Positions 30,005-40,488 of a stretch of DNA of 64,000 bases are shown here, piece after piece (the stretch's first letter is position 1; each line of letters opens with the position of its first letter). The notes beneath the pieces were generated by a model. It was given only the letters and a program-made list of their open reading frames with translations, was not told the DNA's origin and ran no database searches. Source of the DNA: an uncultured Bacteroidales bacterium. GTDB taxonomy: Bacteria > Bacteroidota > Bacteroidia > Bacteroidales > P3. Made by a program: the position numbers and the translations under genes. Location of the stretch: contig OMWJ01000010.1 in the NCBI GenBank assembly GCA_900314725.1, positions 63,156 through 127,155 of the forward strand, given 5' to 3'.

Positions 30005-30110
30005 AAAAAAGTCTTCGTTTTCGTAAAAAAAGTCTTGATCTTTTACCCCAAAAGAGTTGGTTTTAGCAAAAAAAGTCTTGATCTTTTTTTCTCAAATCTT
30101 AGTCTTTTTC
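30005..30110. repeat. Dispersed composite A-run/T-run mini-hairpin repeat, locus B
   Basis: aaaaaagtcttcgttttcgtaaaaaaagtcttgatcttttaccccaaaagagttggttttagcaaaaaaagtcttgatctttttttctcaaatcttagtcttttt. It shares units with loci A, C and D. Confidence 0.75.
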
Positions 30111-30179
30111 AATGGAGTCCAACTTTAGAGTGCAAAGGTATATATTTTTTGAATTTTAGCAAAGAATTTAAACAAGAAA

Positions 30180-30824
30180 TTAGTTTTTTAGTAAATATTC
30201 TCTCCCCTCTCTTCCACCTAAACACAACAATAAATCCAATGAAGACAAATTTTCCTCAAAAGGAATCTTCTCGTAAAAACACTGAATATAAGGAGGAAAT
30301 CCTTCGCCGTCTATTTTTCTTGTCTTAATAGAAAAAGAGTTGAGGTAATTGTTTTCTTTGCTGCCTACAAATTTATCTGTAAGATTAAGGTTACAAGAAA
30401 GTGAAAAACATTTTTTCAAAAACATAAAGACCTCCACGTTCAAATCCATCAAATATTCAAACTCTCTCAGTAAAATGTTTTTTATCTCATCTGAATAATA
30501 TTCAAAATAAGGGCTATTACCATAGTTTGAATATATTGCTCTCCAAAGTCTTATGTTCCAATTTTCCTTATAGGATATTTTAGCGTCCTTTGTAAGAATT
30601 TTTTCATGCTTATCACGTTGTACGGGAACGGTTATAGCTTGCAAACCATTGGAAGACATCAAAAGTATTCTGTTTCTAAAAGTCTGTTTGGGAAATGTTT
30701 CGTAAATATCTATACTTATTTCCTTTTGTTTTTCAGCAAAACTCAGCCAAGCTATAGAAGGAAAGAAAGGAAGATGAGTTATTGCCTCATCATTATTTAC
30801 TTCAAGATTATAAAAATTGTGCAT
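30180..30824 (-). CDS. WbqC family protein
   Basis: 214 aa. LPFFPSIAWLSFAEKQKEISIDIYETFPKQTFRNRILLMSSNGLQAITVPV matches my recollection of WbqC-like proteins. Confidence 0.65.
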   Translation of the reverse strand: MHNFYNLEVNNDEAITHLPFFPSIAWLSFAEKQKEISIDIYETFPKQTFRNRILLMSSNGLQAITVPVQRDKHEKILTKDAKISYKENWNIRLWRAIYSNYGNSPYFEYYSDEIKNILLREFEYLMDLNVEVFMFLKKCFSLSCNLNLTDKFVGSKENNYLNSFSIKTRKIDGEGFPPYIQCFYEKIPFEENLSSLDLLLCLGGREGREYLLKN

Positions 30825-30894
30825 AGTCTGTATTAGAAAAAAAATTAAGGTGCCATTAACTGCAATAGCACCTTAAATTATTAAGAATTAAAAT

Positions 30895-32232
<1,338 letters not shown>

Positions 32233-32240
32233 TCAGTTTG

Positions 32241-32248
32241 CAAAATTA
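32241..32248 (-). promoter_or_regulatory. -7 box upstream of eno
   Basis: The minus strand reads TAATTTTG. The ATG is at 32187. Confidence 0.45.
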
Positions 32249-32343
32249 AGAAAAAAGAATAATATACAATATATTTTATCTCTAATTTCAATAAAGAAAC
32301 ATCGCCAAAACAAAACGGGGTCTTTGCCTTAGAAATCGCCGTT

Positions 32344-32387
32344 TAAAAAAAGAAAACGGGGTTTTTGCATCACAAAAAGCCCGTTTT
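32344..32387 (-). terminator. Terminator after the aldo/keto reductase gene
   Basis: Hairpin with 14 of 15 bp paired: AAAACGGGgTTTTTG-catca-CAAAAAgCCCGTTTT. On the minus strand it is followed by cTTTTTTT. Confidence 0.75.
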
Positions 32388-32426
32388 TAAAATCAATTTC
32401 CCCATTTTTAAAGGGAAAAATCCCGT

Positions 32427-33806
32427 TTAACTGTTAAGTATCTCTTTTATTCTATTTAGTTGGTTTGGAATCCTTATCTTTTGAGGACATTTTGCAAGGC
32501 AAATACCACAATCCCTACACTTCATTGCAGTTTCTTCTTGCTTCAATGCTTTATAGAAACCATTTTGGAACTCAGTTACTCTACTATTATAGTCTTTCTC
32601 TGACTTGTCTGGCAAAGGTATTATTCTTTTATCTATCTTGTCATTATAGTAAGCGAAGTTTCCAGGGATATTTACTCCAAAAGGACATGGCATACAATAG
32701 TTACATTGTGTACAAGGTATTGTAGGATAACCTTCTATTTTGTCTGCAATTCTCTCTAATAAAGCATTCTCCTTGTTTGTGCAGGACTCTAATGGAGAAT
32801 AAGTTCTTACATTATCTTCCAAATCTCTTAAATAAGTCATTCCACTAAGAGCTGTAAGCACATTTGGATAACTTCCACACCAACGAAAAGCCCATGAGGC
32901 CAAAGAACTTTGAGGTCTTTCTGCTTTAAGTTCCTTGGCTATATCCTCTGGTAGATTAGCTAAACGACCTCCTCGCAAAGGTTCCATGATAACAACAGGG
33001 ATGTTCATCTGTGTTAATTTATTGTAAAGGTATTCAGCATCTGCATCTGGAGTTCCTCCCCATTCATTCTTGGTTATAGAAGCATGACGCCAATCCACAT
33101 AATTCATCTGTATTTGAACAAAATCCCAATGGTATTTGTTGTGCAATGAAAGCATATAATCAAATATCTTTACATCTCCATGATAAGAGAAACCAAGATT
33201 TCTTATCTTTCCCTTCTTTCGTTCTTCAATAAGAAAATCCAAAATACCATTATCCAAAAACCTTTCCTTTATTTCGTTTTCTCCCCCTCCACCTATGGAA
33301 TGCAAAAGATAATAATCTATAACATCAACTCGAAGGTTCTTAAAGGAATCATAATACATCTTCTTTGCTCCTTCAGTTGTCTTGCTCTCAGGAGAGAAAT
33401 TCGAAAGTTTAGTCGCAACATAGAAATCTTTTCTACTGTGTTTGCTAAGTGCTATGCCTGTTGCTTGCTCACTCGTTCTTCCATGATAAACAGGAGCAGT
33501 ATCAAAGTAATTGACTCCATTTGCAATGGCAATATCAACCAAATGATTAACCTCTTCTTGTTTTATTACTTTATTCTCACTAGGAAGACGCATCATACCA
33601 AAACCCAACAAAGATACTCTATCATTTGTATTGTGATTTATACGATAGGTCATCATTTTGTTAGCAATAGGTTTTATGTCTTCTTCCAAAGTTGTTTTTG
33701 CTATAGTTTCTATTGGCTTAAGCACAGATGCTCCCATTAGAGCCACACCTCCCATTCCTAAACGTTTAAGAAAATCTCTTCTATTGATATTATTTTTGTT
33801 CCCCAT
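32427..33806 (-). CDS. Aldo/keto reductase with Tat signal and C-terminal 4Fe-4S-binding domain
   Basis: Twin-arginine leader NRRDFLKRLGMGGVALMGAS, an AKR core, and two Cys clusters (CTQCNYCMPCP and CRDCGICLAKCP). Confidence 0.85.
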   Translation of the reverse strand: MGNKNNINRRDFLKRLGMGGVALMGASVLKPIETIAKTTLEEDIKPIANKMMTYRINHNTNDRVSLLGFGMMRLPSENKVIKQEEVNHLVDIAIANGVNYFDTAPVYHGRTSEQATGIALSKHSRKDFYVATKLSNFSPESKTTEGAKKMYYDSFKNLRVDVIDYYLLHSIGGGGENEIKERFLDNGILDFLIEERKKGKIRNLGFSYHGDVKIFDYMLSLHNKYHWDFVQIQMNYVDWRHASITKNEWGGTPDADAEYLYNKLTQMNIPVVIMEPLRGGRLANLPEDIAKELKAERPQSSLASWAFRWCGSYPNVLTALSGMTYLRDLEDNVRTYSPLESCTNKENALLERIADKIEGYPTIPCTQCNYCMPCPFGVNIPGNFAYYNDKIDKRIIPLPDKSEKDYNSRVTEFQNGFYKALKQEETAMKCRDCGICLAKCPQKIRIPNQLNRIKEILNS

Positions 33807-33880
33807 ACTATAAATTGTGTTTTATTTCTTTGATAATTTACTCTGCAAAGTTACAAAATAAATTAAAATGTACAAATATT

Positions 33881-34291
33881 CTATAACAATTCTGGAATTG
33901 TTGTCTGCTGAATATAACCTTGTGGTGTCTTATGAAAAAGAAGTGTAGTTACTGAATTAGTTAAAAGAATGTAAGGAGCATTAAGATTAAGATTATATGC
34001 AGATGCTTGCAGAAAGGTTTTCTCGTTTATCTCTACACTCTTGGCTTTACACTCAACCAACATAAAAGGTTCTCCTTGACTGTCCCTGACAATTATATCA
34101 TAACGTTTCTTTCTTTGTCCGACATTTATTTGTGCTTCTAAGGAAAAACGAGTTAAAGGATAATTAAAGTTTTTGTTAAGTATATTAACAGTATGTTGCC
34201 TTACCTCCTCTTCGGGAGTTAAGGCAACATACTTTCTTCTTATTTTATCAAAGATTTGTTGATTATTCGTCATAGTTTTCTCCTGAACCAC
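33881..34291 (-). CDS. Type I restriction enzyme HsdR N-terminal domain-containing protein (stand-alone, PD-(D/E)xK-like)
   Basis: 136 aa with RYDIIVRDSQGEPFMLVECKA...APYILLTNS. The start is uncertain (34291 or MTNNQQ at 34273). Either start overlaps the stop of the upstream gene. Confidence 0.6.
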   Translation of the reverse strand: MVQEKTMTNNQQIFDKIRRKYVALTPEEEVRQHTVNILNKNFNYPLTRFSLEAQINVGQRKKRYDIIVRDSQGEPFMLVECKAKSVEINEKTFLQASAYNLNLNAPYILLTNSVTTLLFHKTPQGYIQQTTIPELL

Positions 34292-36812
34292 CTGTATAAT
34301 CCTGACCAGAAGATTGTTGTTGCTTTACTTTTCGTTTCATATTAGCTGTCTTGCCAAAGTTGTAAGAGAATGAAAGACGAACGCTGCGAGAATAAGGATG
34401 ACGTTTTGTAAAGGTTATGTATTGGTCTGTATAAGCATAGCCAAAACCTCCTCTTGTATCAAATATATCTCTGAAGTTGATACCAATGTTAGCTTGTTTG
34501 TTCCACAAAGATTTCTTTATTGCTATATCAAAGTCATATCTTGCATTGTCCCTACCTTGAATGCTTTTGCGTGGAGCATAGTATCTGCCGGAAATCTGAA
34601 TTGTAAAGTTTTTAGGTAGAGTAATTGTTGTATTGAGTTTTGTGTTGAAATTAAAAGAAGTTGTTTTATCATAGTTCAAAGCAGTACCATCTTGATAAGA
34701 ACCAAAGAAGTTCATACTTAAGTTAGCTTTCCACCAATCTGTTATATCTCTATCAACAATAACTTCCAAACCATAGTTTGAAGAATGTGCAAGATTTACA
34801 AAAGTTTGAGCAGTAAGAGCATCAGCATCTTCACTTCCTGCTGCAGTCCAAGCCCAATCAAAACCATAGTAGTTAGCATTAGCTTGATTCCATAGGAATT
34901 GGAAACGTGTCATTCCATTATTTACATAACGATAGTAAGCAGATGTGAAAATTGTCGTCTTTTCAAACATCAAAGACCAACCTAATTCAAAAGCATCTGT
35001 GTATTCTGGATCTATATTCGGATTACCAAAACGAAGATACTCCTTATTTGTACGGTCTATATTCGGCATCATAGTCCAAGGATCTGGTCTGCGGATACGT
35101 TTAGAGTAAGATACTTGGAAAGAATTATTCTGATTAAGCTGATAAGAAAGATGAATAGTAGGATAGAATGAATTGTAGTCTTTGTCAAATGGAGTCTTAA
35201 CACCTGCAAAGTCAGTTTTCTTGAAATCATTGTTCACAAATTCTTGCCTTGCTCCTAATTGTGCAGAAAATTTGTTGATTTGTAGTCCAAATGTTGCATA
35301 TAAAGCATGAATGTATTCTTCTCTTTCAAAATCATAACTCTCTGTAAGATTTCTAACATTGTCGTATGCTGTTATGCTTGTTGATTTACTTTCGTTATAA
35401 TTCATATTATAACCTACTTCTAATTGCATTTTTTCACTGAAAGGATGAACATAATGAATATCTGCAACGGCTCTATGATTATTACTTTCAGAAGTATCAC
35501 CACGCATATAATTTGGATTAGTTAAATTACCAATTGCATCACAAACAGGGTTATCATATATTACATTATCTTCTATTTTACGATTGAACTTTCCCCAGTT
35601 CCAAGTAAAACTTGAGTAAAACAATTGTCCTTTTTTATCTTTGAAGTCTTTTTGATAAGTCAAACCAATATTATTAAACTGTCCATCGTTAATACCTTCA
35701 CTTTTATCAGTATTATTTCTCGCATCATTGGTAAGGTTCAACAAATTGTTGTTTCTTGTTGTGGAATAATCATCAGGAGTATTATGCACATGTGTATTGA
35801 AACTAAGAGAAAGAGTGTTGAATTTGTTGATATACCATTCACCTCCTAAACGTATTCCTCCACCAAAACCTGTTTCTCCTCCATTTCTTGTTGTTCTTAT
35901 AAGATCTGTTGTTGCTCCTGTTGTTCCTTTTATAAATCTAAGACCATCCGTTATCATTCCTCTCTTATCATATCTAAAATCACCTGAAGCAGAAAGAGAA
36001 AATTTTTTGTTAGACCAATTAAGAGAAGCTGCAATACTTTCTTGTGGCATCCATTTTTTCAAAGCTGTTCCAGAAGAAATATTGATATTACCATTCAACC
36101 CCATGTTTCCTTTTTCTTTAAGTGTGATATTAATAATACCACTCATACCTTCAGGATTGTATTTTGCAGAAGGGTTTGTAATAACTTCTATTTTGTCTAT
36201 TTGAGAAGCTGGTATTTGAGCCAACACACTTGGAACATCGTTTCCATATAAAGAAGATGGCTTACCATCAATTAAAAGAGTAACATTGCTTGCTCCCCTA
36301 AGAGAAATATTTCCTTCATCATCAACCTCAACACTTGGAACATCTTCTAAAACATCACTCGCATTGCCGCCAGCAGAAACAAGATTTTGATCTACATTAA
36401 TAACTCTTTTGTCTAATTTGTATTCCATCATTTGTTTTGCTCCAACAATTTTCACTTCTTCCAATGTTTCGCTTGAGGCTTTCAACATAACAGTACCTAC
36501 ATCAACAGAAGCATTTTTTATTTCAATATCTTTATAAGTATCTTTGTAACCCACAAAAGAGTATTTCAATATATATTTTCCTGCTCTACGATTAGTAATA
36601 GAAAAAACTCCCTTATCATTTGTTATTCCTCCATCTATAACCGTAGAATCTGCTACTTTGAGTAAAGCAACACTAACGTATGGCATCGGTTCAGAAGAAG
36701 TTTCTTCCAAAACCTTACCTGTTACTGAATATTTACCTGTCTGACCTTGTGCATAAACATCTGTTACCAAAAATACTAAGGCACTTAACAATAAAAATTT
36801 TATTACTTTCAT
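34263..36812 (-). CDS. Outer-membrane beta-barrel family receptor (TonB-dependent-receptor-like, CarbopepD_reg N-terminus)
   Basis: 849 aa with a signal peptide. KYSVTGKVLEETSSEPMPYVSVALL...NDKGVFSI is the regulatory-like domain. A plug-like segment is followed by a long barrel. Confidence 0.8.
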   Translation of the reverse strand: MKVIKFLLLSALVFLVTDVYAQGQTGKYSVTGKVLEETSSEPMPYVSVALLKVADSTVIDGGITNDKGVFSITNRRAGKYILKYSFVGYKDTYKDIEIKNASVDVGTVMLKASSETLEEVKIVGAKQMMEYKLDKRVINVDQNLVSAGGNASDVLEDVPSVEVDDEGNISLRGASNVTLLIDGKPSSLYGNDVPSVLAQIPASQIDKIEVITNPSAKYNPEGMSGIINITLKEKGNMGLNGNINISSGTALKKWMPQESIAASLNWSNKKFSLSASGDFRYDKRGMITDGLRFIKGTTGATTDLIRTTRNGGETGFGGGIRLGGEWYINKFNTLSLSFNTHVHNTPDDYSTTRNNNLLNLTNDARNNTDKSEGINDGQFNNIGLTYQKDFKDKKGQLFYSSFTWNWGKFNRKIEDNVIYDNPVCDAIGNLTNPNYMRGDTSESNNHRAVADIHYVHPFSEKMQLEVGYNMNYNESKSTSITAYDNVRNLTESYDFEREEYIHALYATFGLQINKFSAQLGARQEFVNNDFKKTDFAGVKTPFDKDYNSFYPTIHLSYQLNQNNSFQVSYSKRIRRPDPWTMMPNIDRTNKEYLRFGNPNIDPEYTDAFELGWSLMFEKTTIFTSAYYRYVNNGMTRFQFLWNQANANYYGFDWAWTAAGSEDADALTAQTFVNLAHSSNYGLEVIVDRDITDWWKANLSMNFFGSYQDGTALNYDKTTSFNFNTKLNTTITLPKNFTIQISGRYYAPRKSIQGRDNARYDFDIAIKKSLWNKQANIGINFRDIFDTRGGFGYAYTDQYITFTKRHPYSRSVRLSFSYNFGKTANMKRKVKQQQSSGQDYTGGSGENYDE

Positions 36813-36879
36813 ATAATTTATAATATTAATTTATTTTTTACCAAACTACAACGTCATCTTTTTTATTTTATTGTAAATA

Positions 36880-38718
36880 TCATTGTTTTATATGCTTGGA
36901 ATAATTAACAAGAGTAGTGTAATAACCATTCTTTTGTAATAATTCTTGATGATTACCCATTTCTACTATTCTTCCCTTATCTAAAACAATTATTTTGTCT
37001 GCATCTGTTACTGTTGAAAGTCTATGAGCTATTATTACAATAGTACGATTCTTCATTGCATTGTCTATTGCCAAAGAAACTTTATGCTCATTTTCTGTAT
37101 CCATAGCTGAAGTTGCTTCATCCAAAAGAAGTATCTGTGGATTTCTTAACAAAGCTCTTGCAATACAGATTCTTTGTCTTTGCCCTCCAGAAAGTGCAGT
37201 ACCATTATCACCTATATTTGTTTGATATTTTTCTGGCAAAGATTCTATAAAGTCTTCTATATTGGCTAAGCGAGCCACTTCTCTCACTTGTCCTTCTTCT
37301 ATTCCTTTCAGACCAAACGTTATATTATTATATATTGTATCATTAAAAAGAATAGAGTATTGAGTAACTATACCTATATGCTTTCTAAGAGAATTAATAT
37401 TAAAGTCTCTTATATCTACTCCATCTATAAGGAGTTCTCCCTTTGTTACGTCTGCAAATCGTGGTAGTAAATCAAAAATTGTTGTTTTACCTGCACCAGA
37501 AGCTCCAACAATAGCAACTTTTTCTCCCTTATTTATTGTTAGATTAATATGCTGAAGAGAGAAACTTTCATTACCTTCATACTCAAAGCCTACATCTTTA
37601 AAATCTATTTTCTCTTTAAAACCATCCATCATAATAGCATTCGGCTTCTCTTCAATCTTTTCTTCTGCATCAAGTATTTCATAAATTCGCTTAGCAGCAG
37701 CTTCACCTCTTTTAAAATTATAGTAAGCAGTAATCAATTCTTTTATTGGAGAAATAACCCTTGAAAAGACAACAGTAAAAGCGATTAATACTCCCGCATT
37801 CATCTGACCTTTCAATACAAAAATACCTCCTGCTATAATAACAATAGAAAGTATCATCATAGAAAAAAACTCCGATAAAGGCGACGCTAAGGCATTCTTT
37901 CTAATAACCTTGTTACTTATCTTTTCGTATGCTCTATTGTGTATATTGAAGCGAGATTGCATAATGCCTTCTGCTTTCAATCCCTTAGTATTTTTAATAG
38001 TAGAAAGAGCTTCTTCTGAAAACGACAATAGGTCTGCTGCTTTTTGTTGGGTTTTTATACTATCTCTATTTAGTCTAACAGATACTTTTCTTATCAAAGC
38101 CATAGGTAAAGGCAAGACTACTAATACAAACAACATAAATTGCCAATTAGTAATAAACAAAGCTATGGCAAAAACAATTATCATTAAAGGGTCCTTAACA
38201 ACCATTTGAAGACTTGTCGCAGCTGTCCATTCTACTATACTACAATCCGAAGTAAGTCGTGAAACAACATCTCCTCTCCTTATGTTTGAAAAATAAGAAA
38301 TAGGTAATATAGTTAGTTTTTTATAAATATCTATTCTAAGGTCGTTAAGAATGCCGTTGCGTATTGGGACAACAAAATAAAGTCCTAAATATCTGAATAG
38401 ATTGGAAAGAAAAGTAAATAAAGTAAAAAAGCCACATATATACAACAAACAAGTAAAAAAACCTTGAGTCTCTTTATAGTAATTTAGATAATAAGCTACT
38501 ATGCCTACTATCGCATCTTTAGATAAAGCGAAATCGGGCAACGAGTTCGGAGCCTCTACTAATCCGAATAAAATACTAATAAAAGGAACTATCATTACTA
38601 TGGAAAAAAGATTGAAAACAATATGCAGAAAATTGAAAAAGATATTCAACATGATATATCGCTTGTAGTTAAGCATATATCTTAAAATTCTGAATATGTT
38701 TTGCATACTTTTAAACAT
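36880..38718 (-). CDS. ABC transporter permease/ATP-binding protein (MsbA-like exporter)
   Basis: A 6-TM domain is followed by Walker A GASGAGKTT, signature LSGGQRQR and Walker B LLLDEATSAMD. The start is set at MFKSMQNIF (38718), avoiding overlap with ddl. Confidence 0.85.
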   Translation of the reverse strand: MFKSMQNIFRILRYMLNYKRYIMLNIFFNFLHIVFNLFSIVMIVPFISILFGLVEAPNSLPDFALSKDAIVGIVAYYLNYYKETQGFFTCLLYICGFFTLFTFLSNLFRYLGLYFVVPIRNGILNDLRIDIYKKLTILPISYFSNIRRGDVVSRLTSDCSIVEWTAATSLQMVVKDPLMIIVFAIALFITNWQFMLFVLVVLPLPMALIRKVSVRLNRDSIKTQQKAADLLSFSEEALSTIKNTKGLKAEGIMQSRFNIHNRAYEKISNKVIRKNALASPLSEFFSMMILSIVIIAGGIFVLKGQMNAGVLIAFTVVFSRVISPIKELITAYYNFKRGEAAAKRIYEILDAEEKIEEKPNAIMMDGFKEKIDFKDVGFEYEGNESFSLQHINLTINKGEKVAIVGASGAGKTTIFDLLPRFADVTKGELLIDGVDIRDFNINSLRKHIGIVTQYSILFNDTIYNNITFGLKGIEEGQVREVARLANIEDFIESLPEKYQTNIGDNGTALSGGQRQRICIARALLRNPQILLLDEATSAMDTENEHKVSLAIDNAMKNRTIVIIAHRLSTVTDADKIIVLDKGRIVEMGNHQELLQKNGYYTTLVNYSKHIKQ

Positions 38719-38732
38719 AGAAAGAGAGTATT

Positions 38733-39713
38733 TTATAGTATTTCTGCCATTTGTGTGTAATAAAGCCAATGAACATCTTTGCCCATTGCTCTTACTTGGT
38801 TAGGTACTATACTATTAAGACTTTGTCCTGGTGTTGTATTTACTTCCAAGAAATATAATTTATCTAATTCCTTATTATATATGTAGTCTATTCTACAAAC
38901 TCCCTTACAATTCAAATCCTTATATATTCTAACCGTAGTCTGTTGAACAAGTTCTTTAAGTTCTTCACTTATTCTTGCAGGGACTATTTCATCTGTTGTT
39001 CCATCATACTTTGCGTCATAATCAAAGAACTCTGCTTTTGGCACTATCTCTGTTACAGGAAAAGCCATCACTTCTCCTTGCTCCATAAATACTCCACAAG
39101 ACAGTTCTGTGCCAGGTATAAATTCCTCAATCAAAACTTTAGGATGAACCTCAAAGGCTCGTTTTATTGCATCTCTTAACTCTGATTTTTCCTTTACTTT
39201 TGTCATTCCTATAGAAGAACCTCCTTGTGAAGGTTTCACAAAAACAGGCAAACTAACCTTTGAAAGAATATCATCAATATTTATTTCTTCGCTATCGTAT
39301 ATAGTAACATTCTTTGCTACATTAACAATATTCGTTTCTCTTACTACAGCATTACAAGTTGTTTTATCAAAAGTTACAGCAGAACACAAAGCATCACAAG
39401 TGTTGTATTTCATTCCCAACATATCAAAATAACCTTGCAACAAACCATTCTCTCCCGGTGTCCCATGAACTATGATAAATACTCCATCAAACTTTACTTT
39501 CTTTCCTTCTATATCAAGAGAAAAATCGTCCTTATTAATAGAGTATCTTCTATTCTCTTTTTCATAATACCAATCCTCTTTTGTCAGTATTACCTTATAA
39601 AGATTGAAATCATTTTTAAGATTATTTTCTATTTGCTCTGCTGATTGTAAAGATATTACGAACTCACCTGAATAGCCCCCACAAACTAAGGCTATGGTCT
39701 TTTTATTATTCAT
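38733..39713 (-). CDS. ddl: D-alanine--D-alanine ligase
   Basis: 326 aa with an ATP-grasp fold. Motifs are IALVCGGYSGE, LPVFVKPSQGGSSIG and FLEVNTTPG. Confidence 0.9.
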   Translation of the reverse strand: MNNKKTIALVCGGYSGEFVISLQSAEQIENNLKNDFNLYKVILTKEDWYYEKENRRYSINKDDFSLDIEGKKVKFDGVFIIVHGTPGENGLLQGYFDMLGMKYNTCDALCSAVTFDKTTCNAVVRETNIVNVAKNVTIYDSEEINIDDILSKVSLPVFVKPSQGGSSIGMTKVKEKSELRDAIKRAFEVHPKVLIEEFIPGTELSCGVFMEQGEVMAFPVTEIVPKAEFFDYDAKYDGTTDEIVPARISEELKELVQQTTVRIYKDLNCKGVCRIDYIYNKELDKLYFLEVNTTPGQSLNSIVPNQVRAMGKDVHWLYYTQMAEIL

Positions 39714-40041
39714 TATCTGTTTGTTTTATTTGTTTTTTCAATTCCAATAAAAACTGTTTTGTTTTAGTTAAAGTATCTAAAACTTCTTTGTATTCATTGT
39801 TTTGATATTTTTCTTCTTTCATCGCTTTTTTTGCTCCGTCCAAAGTAAAGTGTTTCTCTTTTGTAAGATATGCTATCCGCCTTACGAGTTCTACGTCTTC
39901 CTTTGTATAGAAACGTACTCCTCGTTTGTTTTTCTTTGGTTTTAACTTAGTGAATTCTGTTTCCCAAAATCTAAGTGTGGAATAAGGTAAATCAAATTCC
40001 TTGGACACCTCTGCTATAGAATAATAAAGTTTATCGTCCAT
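39706..40041 (-). CDS. MerR family transcriptional regulator
   Basis: HTH motif YSIAEVSKEFDLPYSTLRFWE...RFYTKEDV. The start is set at MDDKLYY (40041), 24 nt after a -7 box. Its stop overlaps the ddl start (8-nt overlap). Confidence 0.8.
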   Translation of the reverse strand: MDDKLYYSIAEVSKEFDLPYSTLRFWETEFTKLKPKKNKRGVRFYTKEDVELVRRIAYLTKEKHFTLDGAKKAMKEEKYQNNEYKEVLDTLTKTKQFLLELKKQIKQTDNE

Positions 40042-40065
40042 TGTTATTTTGTTTTTATTAAGACG

Positions 40066-40073
40066 CAAAATTA
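40066..40073 (-). promoter_or_regulatory. -7 box upstream of the merR-ddl-ABC exporter operon
   Basis: The minus strand reads TAATTTTG, 24 nt before the ATG at 40041. Confidence 0.45.
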
Positions 40074-40218
40074 ATAAAATTTGTTGTATTGGAAATAACT
40101 TAATGTAATAAAATAGTAAAAAAGTAGCAGTTGCGTTACTTTCATAATCCTTATTTCTTAGAAAAGTAAAAGCATAATAATTCAAGTTTTTTAAACAAAA
40201 ATATTCAAATATAACGCT

Positions 40219-40330
40219 GCTAAAAAAACATCAAGACTTAATGTAAAAAGATCAAGAGTTAGCAAAAAAAGATCAACTCTTTACACCCTAAACATCAAGT
40301 CTTTTTTTACTAAAACCAAGTCTTTTTTTA
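40219..40330. repeat. Dispersed composite A-run/T-run mini-hairpin repeat, locus C (inverted orientation)
   Basis: Contains the 26-mer caactctttacaccctaaacatcaag (40274-40299), identical to 50434-50459, plus units aaaaagatcaagagttagc, catcaagtcttttttt and aaccaagtcttttttt. Confidence 0.75.
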
Positions 40331-40447
40331 GCCGATCTTAGAAACCTGACAATAAATAATTTAGCCATAATCCATATTTTTCCATTTTTCTTTTCTATTT
40401 TATGAATACTCCTTTTCAATTGAAATTGTCAATTGAAATAAAATGTA

Positions 40448-40455
40448 TATTTTTG
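40448..40455 (+). promoter_or_regulatory. -7 box upstream of manA-mutS
   Basis: TATTTTTG lies 33 nt before the ATG at 40489. Confidence 0.45.
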
Positions 40456-40488
40456 CAGGCAGAAAAAAAACAAATAAAACAACATACG

